From positions 81,312,014 to 81,376,013 of the forward strand of contig NC_068985.1 of the NCBI RefSeq assembly GCF_001194135.2: a stretch of DNA of 64,000 bases. The letters are read 5' to 3'. Both the position numbers and the translations under genes were made by a program. The notes beneath the pieces are model-generated. The model saw nothing but the letters and a program-made list of their open reading frames with translations, ran no database searches and was not told the DNA's origin. Source of the stretch: Octopus bimaculoides. Taxonomy: Eukaryota. Below, piece by piece: positions 24,912 to 37,440 of the stretch (position 1 is its first letter; every line of letters begins with the position of its first letter).

Positions 24912-25703
24912 GCATGTGTGTGTGAGTATATACAAGCAGCAGTGGTGGTGGTGGTTGTGGTGATAGTAGTAGTAGTAGTTGTGTGCCAGGTATTTTATTG
25001 TCTGTCTGTGCCACTGAGTTTGAAACCTGCATGCTCTGATATTAATTCCAGTGACTACAAATGCTCAGGAACAAAATTTGTGGCTTTATGCCAATGAGAG
25101 AAGCCATTGTGTATTAAGATTCCAATACTATTTAACCTTTTATCATTCTAGAAAGCAAATATTAGTTTCAAAGATTCTATACATCATCAGTACTGGATAC
25201 CTGGCTACTAGAGATGGCAGTCAATTGTCTCTACTCACAATATATAAACAGAGAAGCTGGAAGTGAGTGATTCTCTCCCTTACTCACAACATATCAGATA
25301 CTAGTTGTGTGTCGTTAACCAGCTAGAAAACACATTTTCCTGGGGTTAAAATGTAGTAACACAGTTCTGTATAGAACAGCCATGTTATAGTGGCAAAAAA
25401 ATGTTACCATCTAGTATTGTTACTACTTATATATTGTTTAGAGATTTTAGAACTTGGTACCTTGCTTGTCATTCATTCATACATACATATATATATACAT
25501 ANNNNNNNNNNNNNNNNNNNNNNNNNNNNNNNNNNNNNNNNNNNNNNNNNNNNNNNNNNNNNNNNNNNNNNNNNNNNNNNNNNNNNNTATGTATGTAGGT
25601 ATATATATGTATGTATGTAGGTATATGTATTATATATATATTTTTTTTTATATGTAGGTATATGTATTTTATATATATATATATATATATATAAATATAT
25701 ATA

Positions 25704-26562
25704 CAGGGTGCGATGGGTAAATTGTCGCCATTTTATATTTTTAATTTTGCGTATGTGCATTGTTTGTTTTTAATTTTGTCGACTACACAGTATCGTAGGA
25801 TCAGTTTGGACATTGTCTGTAAGAAAAAAGCATCATGATGCAATTCATTCTGCCAGAAATTTGGAAATGACATGCTGTATTGCTTGGCATTTGTGCTAGT
25901 TGCCCCAATACGAACATTTCAGAGTGCTTGGGTGTCAATCTGAGAAGTTGCCATGTCCCCAAAACATATACTGAAAGTGATAAAAATCAACATCCAGTCA
26001 ACATCATGGTATTTGGAGTGATCACTAGTGATCATCTTCCTACACGGCCTCAGACTCAACATGGAGGTCTACATCAAGTGCCTGGAGAAGGTAGTGCTGC
26101 CGTGGGTCAAGAGGGTGGCTGCTGGTACACCCTATGTTTGGCAACAGGGCTCTGCACCATGCCACACAAGCAGGAGAACCCAGTCATGGCTGTCAGACAA
26201 TTTCTGGGACTACATCACCCCTAACATCTGGCCAGCTAACTCCCCAGATTGCATTATTGTTTGTGGTTGCAGTTGAGCGAGAGACCAAAGAAACTCCTTG
26301 TAACATCAATGATAAACTGAAGGCAAGGATTATGGCAGCATTTCTTAGCTTAAACAAAGAAACCATCCAGAAGAGTTGCAGGAGATTCCAAAGTTGTCTG
26401 GAGGCCATGGTTGAAACCAATGGTGATTTTATTGAAAAAATTTACTCTTTAGTATTTCAAGATATTTGTATGTAATTTTGGTAAATACATCTGATAAAAT
26501 GAAATGCTTGAGTTATTTTTATTTTTGCATAATTTAGATGACAGTTTATTCACTGCACCCTA
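25704..26562 (+). mobile_element. Internally deleted Tc1/mariner DD37D (maT/mori-like) transposon
   Basis: TA-flanked TIRs CAGGGTGCGATGGGTAAATTGTC and GACAGTTTATTCACTGCACCCTA. Transposase remnants are HPVNIMVFGVIT, YIKCLEKVVLPW, YVWQQGSAPCHTS..WPANSPD and CRRFQSCLEAMVETNGDFIE. The spacing to SPD fits DD37D, although the NPLD motif is deleted here. Confidence 0.85.
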
Positions 26563-26666
26563 TATACATATACAATTTGTAGCACATAAGCAAGTCCCTT
26601 CTACAATGGCTCCAATCTGTCTAAAGTCCTGTGAGTGAATTTAATTGACAGAAACTGTAAGAAGCC

Positions 26667-26671
26667 TATTC

Positions 26672-26759
<88 letters not shown>

Positions 26760-26783
26760 AATCTATCTGTCTGTCTGTCTGTC
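26667..26783. repeat. (ATCT)n(GTCT)n compound microsatellite
   Basis: Directly visible. Confidence 0.95.
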
Positions 26784-26929
26784 TGTGTATAGTATATATG
26801 TATATATATATGTATATATAAGTGTGTGTGTGTATATTTTTGCTTATGTGTGTGTGTTTGAGCGTATATGTTTCTACCTCCTTCTGTTGATATTGTGTAG
26901 CAGTTGGGAATAAATATCAGTGTCATACA

Positions 26930-27140
26930 GGCACTGTCATTCATTTTCAATATTCTACAAATTTGTCTGACTATGGGAAAATATTAACTTGCTTGGAAAC
27001 TGTTGAATGTTGGCAAAAGGAAAGGCATCCAGTCATAAAAAATGCATCTTACTAAACTCCATCCAAGCTATGCAAGCATGGAAACATGGAAAAGTGGATG
27101 TTACTAATAAAATGATGGTGATGATGGAGATGATGATGGT
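26930..27140 (+). mobile_element. 3' half of SINE with RTE-like (GAT)n tail
   Basis: gggaaaatattaacttgcttggaaac...aggaaaggcatccagtc...gcaagcatggaa..gtggatgtt..atgatggtgatgatg. Confidence 0.65.
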
Positions 27141-27251
27141 AATGTATATACACATACAGTTATGTTTATCTCTCACTGTGTATATGTGTGCACATATATA
27201 TAGTATAATATTATTCATATATAAAATATGTATATATAATATAACCTAATC

Positions 27252-27280
<29 letters not shown>

Positions 27281-27282
<2 letters not shown>

Positions 27283-27512
27283 CATTATTTACATTTGACG
27301 GATATTTGTCCTCATCTTGTTTGTTGTTAACACATTTCAGCTGATATACCCCCTCCCCAGCCTTCATCAGGTGTCTTGGGGAAATTTCGAACCTGGGTTC
27401 TCATTCCTAAGGTATTTTTCGATGTTGATATTATTATTATTATTATTATTATTAACTCGAAATCTTGGGGTTAGTAGCCCGCGCTCTTAACCACTACGCC
27501 ACATGCCCGTGG
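27281..27512 (-). mobile_element. tRNA-headed SINE (family C) with hammerhead-like 3' module
   Basis: The head GGCATGTGGCGTAGTGGTTAAGAGCGCGGGCTACTAACCCCAAGATTTCGAGTT has a perfect A-box TGGCGTAGTGG and a cut B-box. It is followed by an internal (AAT)n, then GACAC CTGATGA A GGCTG..CAGCT GAAA T GTGTT at 27375-27329. Confidence 0.7.
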
Positions 27513-28314
27513 GTATATNNNNNNNNNNNNNNNNNNNNNNNNNNNNNNNNNNNNNNNNNNNNNNNNNNNNNNNNNNNNNNNNNNNNNNNNNNNNNNNNNN
27601 NNNNNNNNNNNNNNNNNNNNNNNNNNNNNNNNNNNNNTATATATATATATATATATTAGTAATAATTATAAAGAGTGTAGAAACATTCATTTTCAGAATT
27701 TATTTTCACTTACACTATTTTATACAGCATATTATGACCTACATGTGTTTCCACTGGCAGTTGTAGATGCAATCTATCACTATTATTGGGGAAAATTCTT
27801 CAGGGTCTATCCATTTGGCCAGTCTCAAAGCAAATTGGGTGGTATTAGTATTTTGTTTGTTTGTGGTCAGAGGGAGACAGAGGAGGTGCATATATATGCA
27901 TGTACATGTGTGTGAATGTATAAGCTTCCGTATAGATTTTATCTATAAAACTCAGGCAGCTTCCGACATATACGCAAACCATTATGCCATATGCTACCAC
28001 AGTCAGAAGGTATATTTTGATTGTATAAGCAGTCTTTTTGTGTGTGTGTTATACTAAAGTCATGGCTAAAGACTGAACACTTGACTAACTTACCTATTCT
28101 CCATGTTATAACAGGGATGAGTTAGATTGCATTATCAAAAGCCAATGATAATGAATAAGTTTCAAGTTTATTTCCTAAGACAAAAGATTCTTTTCTCTAT
28201 GATATCAAACCTCCAAAAATGTGTTGTTGTCGATGCATAACTCCTGGTTAGTCTTTGTGGAATAGACCTCTGTTCATGAACATCTAGTGATTTTTTGTTC
28301 TTTTTTTTTTTTGT

Positions 28315-28592
28315 ATAGGCACAGGCGTGGCTGTGTGGTAAGAAGCTTGCTTCCCAACCACATGGTTCAGAGTTCAGTCCCACTGCATGTCACCTTAGGC
28401 AAATGTCTTCCATTATAGCCTCAGGCCAACAAAAGCCCTGTGAGTGAATTTGGTAGATGGAAACTGAAATAATCCCATCATATGTATATATATAATAATA
28501 AGTACTGGGTTCAATACATCTGACTAAAATTTTAAGCAGCACCTCAGCATGGCTACAGTCAAATGACTGAAACAAGTACAAGATAAAGGATA
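28315..28592 (+). mobile_element. SINE family A with internal deletion
   Basis: Near-consensus head ataggcacaggcgtggctgtgtggtaagaagcttgcttcccaaccacatgg joined directly to the tail after the TA tract. Confidence 0.9.
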
Positions 28593-28904
28593 GTGCAACT
28601 GATATTTCAATCTGAATGGAATTCAAAATATCATTTTTTGTTAAGATGGCAGTGTATGAATTTATAGAAATTTGACAATTATTTGTAGCAGTTTCATTGA
28701 TCATGTTTTTTTTTGCCTCAGGACAGCCCTGAAATAACTGTGAGCATTCCATCTATTACCCTGTAATTCCTATTAGCCGGCAACCTGGGACATCATTATG
28801 AAATGTCTTCTCTTCTAAGACAGTGAGGTGAGATTTGAGGGAGATTGGCATTTTCCAGCTGGTTGAGCCGCTACATAAAAGTTCCCTCAGATGATGGTGA
28901 TGAT

Positions 28905-29070
28905 GGTTTTGGCAGTGGTGGTGGTAGTGACAATGACAGTGGCAGTGTGGTAGTGGTGGTATTAGATGAAGATGAGGATGATGATGATGATGATGACAAT
29001 GATGATGATGATGATGATGAGGATGATGATGATGCGGATGATGATGATGAGGATGATGATGATGATGGTG
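28905..29070. repeat. Degenerate (GGT)/(GAT)n trinucleotide tract
   Basis: Directly visible. It is the source of the poly-D, poly-H and poly-S ORFs. Confidence 0.9.
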
Positions 29071-30955
29071 ACAGCATTGAAATATATCAGTCAAAAATAG
29101 CAAAACTGAGGTCAACTGCTACATTTGAGATTTTAGATTTTAGGCAAATTTAAATGAAATGTTCTAATTAATGTAATATACAGTAACAAGCAGAAATACA
29201 GAACTTTTGACAGATGTCCTCACTACAAAAGTAGACATTTCAAAATCAATAGGGAAATTTATTCAGATGCTTTGTGTGCTTCTTAGAAGTCTAACAGTGA
29301 AAGAATATTTACTCATCTTGTTTCCTTCTTCAGTTTTCGTTTTCTTTGGAATGTCTTTAAAGTAGAAATGAAATGATCAATAAAGCAAATGGGGAAATTT
29401 ATGAAAATTAATATATTAATTTTACTAATTATTTACTGAATTCTTCAACAACCAAGATGTGGAGATGTGTCATACTACCAGATAGAAACTGCTGACTATT
29501 TGATATAAATTATCTTTTAATTTAATTTCCAGAAATCACCATTCTGTCATTTCGAGTATCTTAAAATGAAGTTTAAGTAGTGAAATATTAGAAAGGTTGA
29601 GTGAGTAAGATATCAGGAAATGTGTTGTTTTTTAGCCTCTAGGGGGTTTAAATCAATAAAATAAGTAGATAAGCCTTAGAAAAAATTTAAAATACTGCTT
29701 ATAATTATTAAATAAATAAATAATGCAATAATTAAAAGTGATCAATCTCACCACCCATGCCCTAATACGCAATATCTCATGCGTTTTCCTTATTTTCATT
29801 TTTTTTTAATGTCAGATAGCTGCAAAGAAATGCTTTACATTCATAAGTAACATATGGAAATTCAATATGTAGTAAGGGAGAATTTATTAAGGTCATGCCT
29901 AGTATCGGAATTGTTTTTGGTATAAAAGCAAATAAAACCTGAAGGAAACTGCGTGATAATCAATTTACAGCAAAATCTTGCTCTGAGTTTTTTTTCTTTC
30001 TTTAAAAGCAAATGTTCGCTTGTAATTTTTTTTATTCTCCTTTCAATTATGCATTTGCTTTAGTAAATTTAAATAAGTTTGGATCAAATCTATAGACTCC
30101 CAAATTGTATAATTCTTTATCCCATATTACTTACTAATGCTGCTTTAGATCTGTCAGCTGCTAAAAGCTTTGAAGATCTGGATTAGCTGCAATCTTGATC
30201 AGCTGAAATCTCTTTATATATTCTAACCTTAAACTACTTAAATGCTCACAATGGAATGTGGATTAGAGAGAGATTCTGCAACAAATCTTCCATTGATATG
30301 CTGTCTCTGTGATGCATATCAAACACTTATATAAGCAGCCCAGGCATGTGTGTATGTATGAAAACATGCAAGCATATGCATTTATCTTATGAGTCTATGA
30401 TGCTTATTTATGGAGACTTTTATGTGAGTGGCTATCATTGACAATATCAAAACTTATCTCTTATCAATGTTTATGTCAGTTAAGTTATAGCGACTTAATA
30501 TAAGAAAGCTTATATCGTATTTTCCAGTAAGTTGGATAAGGTAAACTAACAAATATATTTTTTTGATTTATGATTTACATCAATATACTAATTTATCAAA
30601 TGGAAAGGTAAATGCCATTGTTTAGCTATGATTCACGTTTTGTTGTGGAATTTTTCTTTCGTCTATTCCTTTTCAAGGGAGTGTTCAGTGTGAATAATTG
30701 AACCTTACATCCTCGTAATCGTAACACAATATCTAAATAAACCTATAGATTTTTATATTTCTAACTATAGAATTAAAAGAGATAAATATCCTTGATATCA
30801 AATAAATGTCTTTGAATTCTATACATTTTGTCAATAAAAATCATTCATATTATATTTTATCTATAGTTGGCAAGATAAATTTTATTGCAACCTTAAACAG
30901 TTAAATATGGTTGTCTGTATAAAGGTGATTAGTTTTATTCAAAAAGAATCATATA

Positions 30956-31029
<74 letters not shown>

Positions 31030-31178
31030 TGTGTATGTGTGTATGTGTGTGTGTATATGTGTTTTTATATATATGTATATGTATACACATATATGTATGT
31101 ATATATGTATATATATGTGTGTGTGTGTGTGTGTTGCATATATATCTTTATATCTGTAAACATTTATGTATATATACA

Positions 31179-31234
<56 letters not shown>

Positions 31235-32055
31235 ACCTCTGTGTGTGTGTATATATATTTATAGATATATATTTAAAGTATTATATATTTTATAAATAAT
31301 AAACAGTTGGAAGACAGAAATGAATGGATTGAAGTGAAAGTTTCATGTTAACAAAGACTTTATAGAGATTGAAAACTGTTAAATGGCTGTGAGGACAATA
31401 AAAATGTTGTCTACAAGCTGTGCTTGCATTTATCCTCAGTTCTGACAGATAATGTTCAGTACATATAGACACTTTCTATAATGATTAATGCTTTAACTGA
31501 ACTCTACATTTTAATATGTGATTTCTCAGAAAATTTGAAAAGAAAGAAACTGACATAGGGAAGAAATATAGAAGAAGTATAAAAAGAAAAAAAACTACGA
31601 AGCGGAAAAAAGATATAGAATAAAGTTAAAGCCAAGAAGTGAACTGCAAAGAGACACATATATAGAAATCGATAATTCAAAGGTGTCTACAGGAAAACAA
31701 AAATCAAAACAAAACAAACCAAAAAATAATAAGAACAAACCGAGCTGTATAAAGGAGGGAGAAAATTAGATGATACATACTTGAAAATGAAAAGGGAAAA
31801 GCACTTAATTAATCAACACATGTACACAAATGGTTTCAACAGCAACAACAATAAGATAGATATATAGAATTATTTGTGTCCTGTTTTCTAAGCTTTCTCT
31901 ATGATTTGCTTATTTACACATACTTGTTTTAACTCTTTTTAACATTATTGACACAAAAAAAAAAGATATTTCTTCTTAAAATGGATCTGAAAATACTTTA
32001 ATTTGAGGTTTTTTCCCTATATGTTCATATACATGCATGCATAATTGAAACTCAT

Positions 32056-32117
<62 letters not shown>

Positions 32118-33113
32118 TACATGTATGTGTGTGTGTGTGTGTAGATGTATCTATATATGTCTATGTATGTATGTATGTATGTATGTGTGTGTATATATAT
32201 GTATGTATGTATATGTGTGTGTGATAATTTATTTTATCTATCTGATATATGTATGTATGTATGTATGTATATAATTTTAAAAAAATTTTAATCAGAAATA
32301 TATGAAACAGTCATTCATAAATATACATACGTATGTGCTTCACAATTCAAAAGAACAGATATTCTTGATGAAAATGTATTTCTATAATAGATGAAATTAT
32401 GGGTTATTTTCATTAAAATTTCATATTAGATTTTGACTGAATTTTTTTTTTTCCCCTCATGAACTTGGAAAAGAACCGATGGTCTTACACATGCATGCAT
32501 CTATGAACAAATACAAATGCACACATGTATGCTCGCACCACCTCACACATACATCCTCTTTCTCACACACACATGTCCTCACACACCATGTACCACACAC
32601 CTACACGCACACATTCATGGTCATGTAAAATTACAGTATGAATAATTTTTCGCACTAATTGCTGTGCTGTATATTAATCAATGAAAAGTTCACTTATTAG
32701 TTGAGTTATTTTCCTTCTGTATACAAAATAAGTTTTTTTATTCAATACTATTTGATTTATGTCCTGTCATTCATTCTCAGTCTTTCAGTAGTTCATTTCT
32801 GTTTTGATTTTTTTTTTTGGTTTTTCACAGCTCGCTCTTTCACTTTCCTTCTTCAGATTCATTCAAGCTTTTGACTACTTGACAGCGAATATTTAATTAG
32901 TTATCATATAACTTACTACGAATATTTAAAAACTTATTTCACATTTAATTGAAATATACCTGCTGGCAGCCATGATAAACAAAAGCTTGCATCAGGTCAC
33001 ATGAATGCTGGACATAGAAGGTAGACCAAGCAGTAAGGAAATTGAAATATTTCAGTAAAGATTATGGATAACAATAATAATAATAATAATGATAATAATA
33101 ATAATAATAATAA

Positions 33114-33292
33114 TACTCTTTTACTTGTTTCAGTCATTTGACTGCGGCCATGCTGGAGCACTGCCTTTAGTCGAGCAAATCGACCCTGGGACTTATTCTT
33201 TGTAAGCCTAGTACTTATTTTATCGGTCTCTTTTTGCCAAACTGCTAAGTGACAGGGACATAAACACACCAGCATCGGTTGTCAAGCAATGC
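33114..33292 (-). mobile_element. 3' half of SINE family A, flanked by (AAT)n
   Basis: Near-identical to 54365-54530, with (TAA)n on both sides. Confidence 0.9.
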
Positions 33293-33304
33293 TAATAATA
33301 ATAA

Positions 33305-33560
33305 TAATAATCCTTTCTACTATAGGCACAAGGCTTGAAATTTTGAGGGAGGGGACTAGTCAATTACATCGACCCAACAGGATGAAAGGATGAAAGGCAA
33401 AGTCAACCTTGGCAGAATTTGAACTTGGAACATAAAGACAGAAGAAACGCCACTAAGCATTGTGTCTGGTATGCTAACGATTCTGCCAACTCATCAATAA
33501 TAATAATAATAATCCTTTCTACTATAGGCATAAAGCCTGAAATTTTGTGGGTGGGAGCCA
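33305..33560 (-). mobile_element. SINE family B plus a second family B tail
   Basis: (aat)n cctttctactataggcaca occurs at ~33305 and again at ~33508. The core has an internal deletion. Confidence 0.8.
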
Positions 33561-34854
33561 GAAATCCATTGCTCTTTTTAAGATCCTATATCTACATTTC
33601 CTCATCAGATCCAGAGTTTTCATTATGTTTTCTTGTAGTCTTCTGTTTCAATTTGGTCATTATTTAAAGTGTAGAGTTTGTTGTTTAGTTATTACAATAT
33701 TAAGGGGGCATCTTAGAAAATAAATTGATTTGTTTTTTAACAAACCTGGTTGTTTTTGTTTTTTTTTTCTTATAGTGGAATAGTTTATTTCTTTACTTTT
33801 GCAAGTCACTTGGGAGTTTGCAATCACTTCATATGTAATTGCTGTTTTTGATCACATTTATTACTTCAATATTTCCAGTGATGCTTGGTTGACATCTTAC
33901 CTCTTTAGTTTTTGATTATGAGTTCTACTGTGTATGGTGCAATTTTTGGAACTTTTAGTTTCATTGTTATTACGTAATCTAAGATGTTGAAGACTTTCAG
34001 TGGTGCATTTGCTAATACAAGTGACCTTGTTGCTAAGGAATCATTGTTTCAATGAGCAGAGTTCAAATTCTGTTTCTGAACTCAATTGTTCATTAACAAC
34101 CAAACATTGTTTCTAATACTTGTAGTATATGTTTTGATTTTGCTATAATGTTTAGTTTTTCCATACAGATAAGTCTAAAAGACTGAAAAATGAACCGTGT
34201 GAATTTGTTAAGAATTGTGTATTTAACTACCATAAAATAATGTAGGAATTCCTTTATTCATAACATCCTGTTTAGTAGATTGTTTTCACTTCAAGAATTA
34301 CTGATCAAGTGAATAGCGAATGGTCTTATATTTGGTGGATAAGAAGACAAATTCAAAGCCAAGCTAGTTTTTTTCTTTCTTTTTTTTTTGTTTTTGTTTT
34401 AGTGCTACCAATTTCAGTTTTTAAAATATTTAAACATATATTGCAAATTGACAATATTTTCAGTTGTAAAATTAAGAAGTAAGGATTGTATGTGTCTTAG
34501 AAATTGTTTTTATTGAGATTTTAAATTTGTTTTCTTTCTTTTCCTTTTCTTGAACAGTAATATTATGAACCAAAATATTTTGAAGGGTATCATTTTGTAC
34601 CTATTGCTCACAGAATCAATTGATGTGTTTAAAAATCACTGCATATTGATAGGAAAGATAAGAAATTTGTTTGTACTGCTAAAACCAATATTATCATAAA
34701 TTAATAGTAAACCTTAAGTGTTGTTGATAGTCACTTAGTACCATATAGTCAGAGCAGCAAAGTGTTTGAAAAGTGACATGGTATATATTAGGGTAACATA
34801 TAAATGAACATTTTTGCTAAAATTAGTATAGGACCTTATACATATAGACACGTC

Positions 34855-35260
34855 TGTATGGTAAGAAGCTTGCTTCCCAACCACATGATTCCGGTTTCAG
34901 TTCCACTGAGTGGCACCTTTGGCAAGTGTCTTTTACTATAGCCTCAGGCCAACCAATGCCTTGTTAGTGGATCTGGTAGATGGAAACTGAAAGAAGCCTG
35001 TTGGATATTATGCATGTATATCTGTGTGTGTGTCTTTCTGTCTGTTTGTCCTCACCACCATCGCTTGTTAACTGGTGTTGGTGTGTTTACATCCCTAACT
35101 TAGCAGTTCAGTTAAAGAGACTGGTAGAATAAGTATCAGGCTTACAAAAAAAAAAAAAATACTGGATCAATTCATTTGATTAAAAATTCTTCAAAGCGAT
35201 GTCTCAGCATGGTTACAGTCTTGTAACTGAAACAAGTAAAAGATAAAGAAAAGATATAAA
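34855..35260 (+). mobile_element. SINE family A
   Basis: gtatggtaagaagcttgcttcccaacc...actgaaacaagtaaaagataaag. Confidence 0.9.
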
Positions 35261-35537
35261 AAGACTTCCAAGATCATTTTGACCATGTACTCGTGCTAGA
35301 AGAGAAATTTTGATGTCTTAGTTACTTGATATTGTTCAAGAGTAGTATATTTGTTTCTGATTTTGACACAAAGCCAGCAGTTTTAAGGGAAGCAGATCAG
35401 ATTACATGAACCCTAGTACCTGACTGCTACCATATTTTATTGAAATCAGAGGGATGAACATGGAAGCTGACTTTGGTAAAATTTGAATTCAGATTGTAGA
35501 GTGATAGAACAGATATAAGTAATTGTTACATTTTGGA

Positions 35538-35815
35538 ATGGTCATTTTTTTGCCAAATAAACACATGCACTATATTTTTGTTCTTCACTCGTTTATTACT
35601 ATTCTTATTTTATCTTATGTCCATTGTCCAGAATGGATTAAGTGGAGCAGGAGGACACATGTGGACAGAAAGGGTCACTGAAGAGGTCACAGATGTGTGA
35701 TGAAAGATTTCCGGACAATGGACATAGGATAAAATAAGATCAGTAATAAATGAGTGAAGAAAAACTATATAGCGCATGTGTTTATTTGATAAAAAACAAA
35801 ACAAAAATGACCATG
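35538..35815. mobile_element. Fold-back element with ~95-bp arms around a hammerhead-like core
   Basis: 35581-35633 and 35709-35761 are inverted repeats (5 mismatches in 53 bp), extending to 35538/35815. The spacer contains CTGAAGA G GTCACA-GATG-TGTGAT GAAA (35678-35705). Confidence 0.65.
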
Positions 35816-36196
35816 GCTGTGTGATAAGTAGCTTGCTTACCAACCAATGGTTTGGTTCCTGGTTCAGTCTCACTGTGTGGAACCTTGAGCAAGTGTTTTC
35901 TACTATAGCCTCAGGCCAACCAAAGCCTTGTGAGTAGATTTGGCAGATGAAAACTGAAAGAAGCCCATCGTATATATATATATATGTTTGTGTGTCTGTG
36001 TTTGTCCCGCCACCATTGCTTGATAACTGATGTTGGTGTGTTTACGTCCCTGTAACTTAGCAGTTCAGCTAAAGGTACTGATAGAATAAGTATCACGCTT
36101 ACAAAGAATAGATCCTAGAGTTGATTTGTTCAACTAAAGATGGTGCTCCAGCATGGCTGCAGTCAAATGACTGAAACAAATAAAAGAATAAAAGAA
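35811..36196 (+). mobile_element. SINE family A inserted at the right arm of the fold-back
   Basis: ccatggctgtgtgataagtagcttgc...ggtgctccagcatggctgcagtcaaatgactgaaacaaataaaagaataaaagaat. Confidence 0.9.
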
Positions 36197-37339
36197 TCCT
36201 GAAATATAACAATATTTGTTTCAACACATGGTTTCACATCAGGAATCTTGCAAAACAATTTCATAAACATAAAGATATAGGTGAATGATCAGGTATTTTT
36301 GAAATGAAATATATTCTACAGTAGCAATATATAAGCAGTAGAGTAAAAATTTAGTATATTATTATGTATTTAAATTTGAAGAATAGCTTAAAGCTTAAGT
36401 TTATTAAAAAAGATGTAGCTTGGTAGAGGTTTTACTTTGATGTATAAAACTTATATGAGTGTGTGTAAGCACAGGTGATTGGGGTAAAAATTTATTGTAA
36501 ATAGATAACAATAAAGATAACTGAAGGAAAGTTTGCCATAAAATAAGCTGGAATTGATCATGTAATGATAGTCTTAATAGAGTTAATGTATTGTAGAATG
36601 TTCTGATTCAGTTCTGTAAACCAAATGAAATATTAGGAAAAAGAGAGATACATAAAAGAATTTATGAATAAAATGGATGTATTAAGTGTGAAATTGAGAA
36701 TTTGAAATGAGGGAGGAATTGGTAATCAGGTGTTAAGTATTGTTTCTCGAGGAAAAATTCAAGTGGCATTGACATGACACAAGGCAGAATAATAAGTGAG
36801 TGAAAGGGTTTGCTGAACAAAAACTATAAGTATTTCTTTGTGAGATAGTTCAATTAGATTTTATATTAGTAGAAAAATTGAACAAAAGGTGGGAACTACA
36901 GAAGCCAGTCCATTCTCTATATTTATCTGGCATTGTAATTTGCATTTATTCAGCTGTCAGTTAACAACTTCTTTTAAGAATTTCTATATATGTGCAAAGA
37001 TTATGTTCCAAGTGTTGTTGCTGTGGTTAGACAACTGCTACTGAAGAGTGCTTTACTCCTTTCTTGAAAGATACAAATTGAAAATAAGCAAAACAAATGA
37101 ACTAAAAATAGTGACAAATACATTTGATTTCCCAGTGATTAGATGCAAAGTGATTTCTTGCCATCAGAAAAGTGAACGGTGTTATGATGCAAGAAATACC
37201 ATATGTATGTGTGAGCACATGTATGAATATGTGTTTACATTTGTATGTGTATATGTGTGCTGTCGGTAGTGGAAATGAAGAATAGTTTTATTAATGGCAT
37301 ATTGTGGTTGGCTGTTATTTTGTGATCTTTTAGTAGAGA

Positions 37340-37357
37340 AAAAGAATACTGTCAACC

Positions 37358-37438
<81 letters not shown>
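37340..37438. repeat. (GT)n microsatellite
   Basis: Directly visible. Confidence 0.98.

Positions 37439-37440
<2 letters not shown>

Noticed and set aside
27454-27512. tRNA gene
   Set aside because: Lacks a complete T-arm and acceptor stem; it is a SINE head.
28845-29153. Acidic poly-D ORF and His-rich antisense ORF
   Set aside because: A degenerate trinucleotide tract with no flanking domain or clear splice sites.
28722-34196. Several strong isolated acceptors (28721, ~29533, 34168) and a Kozak-like ATG at ~60336
   Set aside because: They could not be linked into a frame-consistent gene, and such sites are common in AT-rich DNA.
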